A stretch of DNA of 64,000 nucleotides from Alphaproteobacteria bacterium (GTDB lineage: Bacteria; Pseudomonadota; Alphaproteobacteria; Rs-D84). The DNA is taken from positions 195,114-259,113 of the forward strand of contig JAFZZS010000002.1 of assembly GCA_017615655.1 (NCBI GenBank), given 5' to 3'. The notes beneath the pieces are model-generated. The model was not told where the DNA came from and did not search any database. It saw nothing but the letters and a program-made list of their open reading frames with translations. The translations under genes and the position numbers were made by a program. This document shows positions 59,173-64,000 of the stretch, one piece after another (the stretch's first letter is position 1; each line of letters starts with the position of its first letter).

Positions 59173-59224
59173 GTATAGTCCTTTTTAGATGTCAAGTTCG
59201 GGGCGTTTTGCCGCCCCGTTATCT

Positions 59225-59764
59225 TTAAAAAACATATCTGATTTTAATTCTTGCATCATAGTGCAATAAATCGGGTTTATCATCGCCGACCTTGGCAATA
59301 TCAGGAATATAAAGTGCGCGTCCTTCGACATCGAATTTGAATGGCAACGCAGGCACGCTAAATGTTACACCAAGCATTCCTTGGTATGCGGCGGATGTAT
59401 CTAAATCAATATGGGTTTTATCATTTTCACCATTAAACATTGCGCCAACGCCAAGTCCAAAATATGGTTTAACAACAGTTGATGTCATTTTGAAATATGC
59501 GTTTAACATTGCTAAATTAGCATGAGAATCAGATTCATTAATGTAATTATATTCTGCCTCGATACGAAAGACCGGTAAATCAAGTCCGAACATCGCGCCG
59601 AATGATTGTGCAGAATTAGTTTCGTCCTTGTCATCAATAAATACAGTTTGTCCCCCGGCACCAACGAAAACCCCCGCGTATAAGTCCCATACAGGATTAG
59701 CAATTGCTGGGGCAGATGTTGCGGTAATTAAAGAACATAAAATAATTGACGTTTTTAACTTCAT
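59225..59764 (-). CDS. Small outer-membrane beta-barrel protein (OmpW/OmpA-like porin family)
   Basis: Signal peptide (MKLKTSIILCSLITATSAPAIA), alternating amphipathic beta-strands and a C-terminal aromatic residue (RYVF). AAGGAG RBS before ATG 59764. Confidence 0.65.
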   Translation of the reverse strand: MKLKTSIILCSLITATSAPAIANPVWDLYAGVFVGAGGQTVFIDDKDETNSAQSFGAMFGLDLPVFRIEAEYNYINESDSHANLAMLNAYFKMTSTVVKPYFGLGVGAMFNGENDKTHIDLDTSAAYQGMLGVTFSVPALPFKFDVEGRALYIPDIAKVGDDKPDLLHYDARIKIRYVF

Positions 59765-59810
59765 CTTTATCTCCTTTGTGTGATAATATAATATAAAAAG
59801 AGAGTTATAT

Positions 59811-60335
59811 ATGCAAGAAAATAAACCGATTTTAATTGTTGGACTTGGCAATCCCGGGACGGAATATGCCCGTACACGTCATAATGTTGGATTTATGGCG
59901 GTTCAGTATTTGGCTGGCAATGATGCTACATGGAAAAGCGAACATTTTGCAAAAACATCCGCGGTAAATATAGATGGCCATCGTATTATCTTTGCAATGC
60001 CACAAACATTCATGAATGACAGTGGTCGCGCAGTTCGTGCGATAATGGGTTTCTATAAGATACCTGTTGAAAATCTTGTTGTGATACATGATGATATGGA
60101 TTTAAAAACTGGGGATGTTCGAACCAAGGTTGGTGGTGGCAGTGCGGGGCACAACGGTATAAAATCGATTGATGCAAATGTTGGTCGTGAATATTTGCGA
60201 ATTCGAATCGGTATTGATCATCCGCGTAATTTTGGGTTGTCTATGGATCCAGCCGATTGGGTTTTGGGTAAATTTACTGATGAACAATTATCAATAATCC
60301 AAGATACAATCAAGAATATAAACTATAATATGTAA
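59811..60335 (+). CDS. pth: Peptidyl-tRNA hydrolase
   Basis: ILIVGLGNPG..Y..TRHNVGF...HNG signature; 174 aa. Confidence 0.9.
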   Translation: MQENKPILIVGLGNPGTEYARTRHNVGFMAVQYLAGNDATWKSEHFAKTSAVNIDGHRIIFAMPQTFMNDSGRAVRAIMGFYKIPVENLVVIHDDMDLKTGDVRTKVGGGSAGHNGIKSIDANVGREYLRIRIGIDHPRNFGLSMDPADWVLGKFTDEQLSIIQDTIKNINYNM

Positions 60336-60340
60336 GTTTT

Positions 60341-61321
60341 TTACATCGGACTCCAACCGCCACCGGCAATACTGCTTATAGATTTACAATTTGTTCCATC
60401 GCCATCACATATTTGCGCATTAGCACTATATTGACACGCTTGGGCAGTGGTTGACCCTGCTGGTGATGTCGTACCACGTGGACATTGTGTCGGAACACAA
60501 TTTGGCATACTGTTCAGGTTCTGGGCATTCCACGTACACTGTTGCGTCAAATATGTTCCAGCGGGGCTCTGGTCGCATTGACATACAACTACACTGGCCC
60601 CCGCAGGTGGCGTACAATCGGTGTTTGGCGCGTTATTTGGTATGTATCCATTATCACAACTTGTACAGTAATAAGAACCGACAGAAAAACTAATAGACCC
60701 ACCCCCCAGGGTAGTAGGACCGTTTGGACCGGTTGCAGTGTAACGTTCTGTTGCGGTACAGTGTTCACTTGCCATAGATTGGTTAGTCTGATCGTAATAA
60801 CAGTTCAATACATTCCAATATCTGTGGGTTTCGTCCCATTGCGCCTGACCACTATATGTTGTAACCCATGAAGAACAGGCCGCTGTATTCGATTCACATG
60901 AATAATTGGTACCCCCCTCATAATGATAATTAGTTGGGGCACTGCCAAATGTATTACCGTTGATAGTTAATAATTCTGGATTGTTATCATTATATCTGAC
61001 CGCCGCACCTGTTTCCCCACAAGTTACACTTGCATAACAATCATCAATACTTTCTGTGCCAAGAAAACTGTTGTTAAATTGTGCAGGACAATTACATTTT
61101 CCATCCGAACTGCCACATCCTGCATCTTGAGGTGGACAATAATAACCATGATCACCACTTGTTTGAGGACATTTATTACAATTAGTTCCATCAAAATAAC
61201 ACCCCGCTTCGTCTATGCAACCTTGTGAATTGTTTGTTTGATTAAAACCGCCACAAAGGGTGGCGTCAGCGCTTGCAACTAGTGGTATAAACAATGAAAT
61301 TAATAAAAGAAACATCCTCAT
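60341..61321 (-). CDS. Secreted cysteine-rich protein (326 aa) resembling the C-terminal module of the large CMDxFC-family proteins
   Basis: Signal peptide and ~40 Cys in CxxC/CxC spacing (GCYFDGTNCNKCPQTSGDHGYYCPP). Compare P1 CNDDYYLWGGKCYKCPEDWIC and the C-terminal third of P4. Confidence 0.65.
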   Translation of the reverse strand: MRMFLLLISLFIPLVASADATLCGGFNQTNNSQGCIDEAGCYFDGTNCNKCPQTSGDHGYYCPPQDAGCGSSDGKCNCPAQFNNSFLGTESIDDCYASVTCGETGAAVRYNDNNPELLTINGNTFGSAPTNYHYEGGTNYSCESNTAACSSWVTTYSGQAQWDETHRYWNVLNCYYDQTNQSMASEHCTATERYTATGPNGPTTLGGGSISFSVGSYYCTSCDNGYIPNNAPNTDCTPPAGASVVVCQCDQSPAGTYLTQQCTWNAQNLNSMPNCVPTQCPRGTTSPAGSTTAQACQYSANAQICDGDGTNCKSISSIAGGGWSPM

Positions 61322-61412
61322 GCTCTAGAATTTAGCAAATTGTTTTGCGGGTTTCAATAATAAAAAGGCGAGATCGCCTTTTTATATTTGTTATTTTATG
61401 ACAATCAATAAT

Positions 61413-61922
61413 TTACCTGGTTTTATCTGGAAATACAAATCTGCATCCTTGTTTTTCAAACCACTCTTTGTCATAAGGTGTGATTCCTACCTCTTGTTGT
61501 CCCCAATCATGACCGGGTGCATTCGCATAAAGTACATAAAAACTGCCAGAAAGCTTTACTTTTGTTGAATCAATATTAATACGGGTTTGCAGGCTATCAC
61601 GTGCTTGATGAAATGCCCCAGGGTAAAAACCGCTGCAATTTATTGGAAAACCGACACCATCATTACCAATTAAACTTATCGTTACAAATTTTACACTATC
61701 CTGATCCGTATAATATTTGACTGTATCTTTCGGTGGGGCGCGTCCGACCCCAGCATCCCAGTTCCAAAGAATAGTAATCTCTTTTGTTGGAATTATTGGG
61801 GTCGGACCAGGGTCTGGCGTTGGAATTGGATCTTTGTTGCACGCATTCGCCAATGCCATAAGACCGGTTAATGTCAGAATTTTACCTAATTTATACGGGA
61901 TCTTTTTCTTCATAAGTTTCAT
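61413..61922 (-). CDS. Lipoprotein with a Pro-rich linker (169 aa)
   Basis: Lipobox LANAC, then PIPTPDPGPTPIIP, then a beta-rich domain. Lies between two Cys-rich family genes on the same strand. Confidence 0.55.
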   Translation of the reverse strand: MKLMKKKIPYKLGKILTLTGLMALANACNKDPIPTPDPGPTPIIPTKEITILWNWDAGVGRAPPKDTVKYYTDQDSVKFVTISLIGNDGVGFPINCSGFYPGAFHQARDSLQTRINIDSTKVKLSGSFYVLYANAPGHDWGQQEVGITPYDKEWFEKQGCRFVFPDKTR

Positions 61923-62004
61923 AAAGAATCCTTTTGTTTGTCAATATGTATTATGTGCCAAAATATCAACTTTGTCAAGATTTTACGAGAGCCACAATTG
62001 ACCC

Positions 62005-64000
62005 TTAGTTACCGTATCGTATAAATCCACCACTAGTTGTATCCTGGGGCAGCGAATGTGTATTATTACCGCTGTTGTAATAAACGTGGTGTGGTGTATT
62101 GGCATCTATTGTTTGACTTGTGGGGGTTGAATATGTGTGCGAGTCCTTGTTAATTAACACAAATCTACCACCGGTGCATGTTATACTATCGCCACTGGTA
62201 TTGACGGTGCCACCAACACAAACTATATAATGGGTGCCATTTTTCATTACTGGATCTAAATTGGTATTTTGTGGCAGGCAGACATAAAATGCGTCATTGT
62301 CAATTGCCTCGGTTCGACCTGTTTCACAACATGGTCCATTGTTACTCATTGGTATATGCCCCCAGCTATTACTTTGTGCGTAACAACAATTTGTAATACC
62401 GCCAGGAACCGACATTTGTATGTTTGACGGGTTTGTATTGGTGGGGCAATACATCCCATCACTGGTCATATCACTTGGGCTGTAATTAAGTGGCATACAT
62501 ATTGCTGCCCCGTTTGCCCCTGTTGCGTATTCGCCAGACGAACAACGTGTGTTCACACAACTGCGTGAATCAGCAATAACGGTCGTTCCATTTACAGTTG
62601 CAGTTCCAGTATTGATCGCAAACCATGCCAACAATGTTGATTGTGGTGATGTTGGAATAAGTATTCGGTTGGTCCCCTTGTTTTGTGGGGTTTGTTCACA
62701 GTTACCCCAAATACGTTCAGCAATACGACATTTTGCGCATTCGGCGTCTGATACTGTATCATCACACGTGCACATATTCCAAATCGGATTTGGGTTTCGT
62801 GTATTATACATTTCATCATAGAATGCGTATTTATTGATGCCACTTTGTGGTTTATTCAATAGTTCAATAATTTTTATTAATGCGTCATCGCCCGCCGCAC
62901 CAACACATTCATTCAATTCGGGCCAGCATGATGTGCGTTCAAGAATTGCGTGACGATTCGCCGAAAAATCGATGTCATCGCACAAATCAAAGTTTCCAGA
63001 AATGGATTTGCACGCCTGAATAATGCAATTACGACCAACCTGAGTACAACTGGATATAATAGAATCATATGTTTTTTGGGTGGCAATATCTGTCATCCCG
63101 GTTTCCCACGTAATCGATTCGTTTTGCGTTTCTAAATCCATATCAATCAATTTTGCACAGGCGGTTTGGACGCTGGCACATATTGAATTTACCGTTCTGT
63201 CCGCAGAAACCCCAAATATTGAAAGTGCACGTGCATCAAACCCCTCGATTGTTTCAGCCGCCGATGTTAAACATTCGGTGGTTAATGTGGTGCATGCCTG
63301 ACGTACTTCTTCAAGTTTCGAAATTTGGGCCAATTTAATCTGTGCTAGTGCATCTTCAATAAAGGCATCCCATACAGAATCGGCAATGTCTTGACAATTT
63401 TCCATTGCAGATGCCAAATAGTTCTTTTTCCCGCGCAGGTATGTTAAAAATGGACTGGAACCATTGGCGGATGTCCACGTTTGGTTCACGCCAGGGCGTA
63501 TAATCAAGTCCGCCAAATCGGCCAGATTTACCGTTAAAAATGCGCTGCCTGTGGTGGGGTCAATATATTTACCGGTCATATCAAGGCAGTTTTGCAGGTT
63601 TTTACCACAGACGCTTTGATCGGTTAGCATATCTAACATTTTACGTTTACATGTTAACATGTCATCTGAATTGCGAGTCTGGTATGCATCAAGGCGCGAC
63701 ATATCTAATAGTGCGCTGCTTTCAAAAACCTTGGTTCGTGCGGCATCTACCTGGGTCTGATATGATTTGTATACCGTATTGCAATCTTGTTCCATTAACA
63801 TTTGATAGCCACTGATGGCAAGTGACAGTTCGTCTTCGGTGCAAACCTCAGTTGCAATTTCACGACATACTGGAATTGCCGCATTATACAGTGCCGGTCC
63901 AGATTTCGATGTTGTGTCGGAACCCATAAATGAATCAACAGTATCAAATGCAGAATCTATGTTTAATGACAATGACACCGGCGCCAGTGATCCACTGGAA
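62005..64000 (-). CDS. Large secreted cysteine-rich protein, paralogue 4 of the CMDxFC family (5' end beyond the window)
   Basis: Open reading frame from the window edge to the stop at 62005, with no in-frame stop. Colinear with P1 (CLDMTGKYIDPTTG vs CLDLTGRYLNRVTG; ENCQDIADSVWDAF vs ETCRDIADDVWNEF). Highly Cys-rich C-terminal third. Confidence 0.75.
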   Translation of the reverse strand, partial: SSGSLAPVSLSLNIDSAFDTVDSFMGSDTTSKSGPALYNAAIPVCREIATEVCTEDELSLAISGYQMLMEQDCNTVYKSYQTQVDAARTKVFESSALLDMSRLDAYQTRNSDDMLTCKRKMLDMLTDQSVCGKNLQNCLDMTGKYIDPTTGSAFLTVNLADLADLIIRPGVNQTWTSANGSSPFLTYLRGKKNYLASAMENCQDIADSVWDAFIEDALAQIKLAQISKLEEVRQACTTLTTECLTSAAETIEGFDARALSIFGVSADRTVNSICASVQTACAKLIDMDLETQNESITWETGMTDIATQKTYDSIISSCTQVGRNCIIQACKSISGNFDLCDDIDFSANRHAILERTSCWPELNECVGAAGDDALIKIIELLNKPQSGINKYAFYDEMYNTRNPNPIWNMCTCDDTVSDAECAKCRIAERIWGNCEQTPQNKGTNRILIPTSPQSTLLAWFAINTGTATVNGTTVIADSRSCVNTRCSSGEYATGANGAAICMPLNYSPSDMTSDGMYCPTNTNPSNIQMSVPGGITNCCYAQSNSWGHIPMSNNGPCCETGRTEAIDNDAFYVCLPQNTNLDPVMKNGTHYIVCVGGTVNTSGDSITCTGGRFVLINKDSHTYSTPTSQTIDANTPHHVYYNSGNNTHSLPQDTTSGGFIRYGN

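Noticed and set aside
59199-59218. Hairpin CGGGGCG-TTTTGCC-GCCCCG between the polA start and the OMP gene end as a terminator
   Set aside because: The stem is good, but no U-tract follows on the minus strand, which is the relevant one. It may be a stabilising stem-loop, not an intrinsic terminator, so it is not listed as a feature.
1-64000. CRISPR arrays, IS elements or transposases, rRNA genes, toxin-antitoxin pairs
   Set aside because: No regularly spaced direct repeats, no transposase or integrase-like ORF, no rRNA-like sequence and no small adjacent toxin/antitoxin-type ORF pairs were found on either strand.

Overview
The window looks like a ~40% GC alphaproteobacterial chromosome segment. 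A clear CcrM-type adenine methyltransferase and compacted housekeeping enzymes (592-aa transketolase, 327-aa TilS) fit a reduced, probably host-associated genome. Core housekeeping content, by coordinate: ccrM, nrdR, slt, rnhB, pgk, ppiD, tpiA, grpE-clpP-clpX, infA, mscS, tRNA-Arg(UCU), tspO, ftsB, dus, rodZ-like, uvrA, rlmE, rnhA, tkt, rpsF-rpsR-rplI, dsbA, recO, groES-groEL, HIT, LOG, tilS, ftsH, prmC, an M23 peptidase, polA and pth. Five things stand out. (1) A paralogous family of very large, signal-peptide-bearing, cysteine-rich proteins sharing an N-terminal C-x2-Y-x2-C-M-D-x-F-C...C-x-C-S core. Three copies are in tandem (10375-17810, interrupted by an antisense infA). A second minus-strand operon at the window end (60341-64000) adds a fourth paralogue, a lipoprotein and a 326-aa stand-alone Cys-rich module. 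(2) A surface-glycan locus (33781-42377) with glf, GT2/GT8 transferases, a NeuB-type nonulosonate synthase, a NeuA cytidylyltransferase fused to a HAD phosphatase, an acetyltransferase, and a eukaryote-type GT29 sialyltransferase-like gene broken by a 2-bp insertion. (3) An orphan phage T7-type tail-fibre gene immediately after that locus. (4) A non-flagellar MotA/MotB-like stator pair whose B subunit carries a long coiled coil. (5) A stand-alone SRP54 (Ffh) M-domain gene. A recurring AACGGTTGC-loop-GCAACCGTT hairpin serves as terminator at five sites. No CRISPR arrays, IS elements or rRNA genes were seen.
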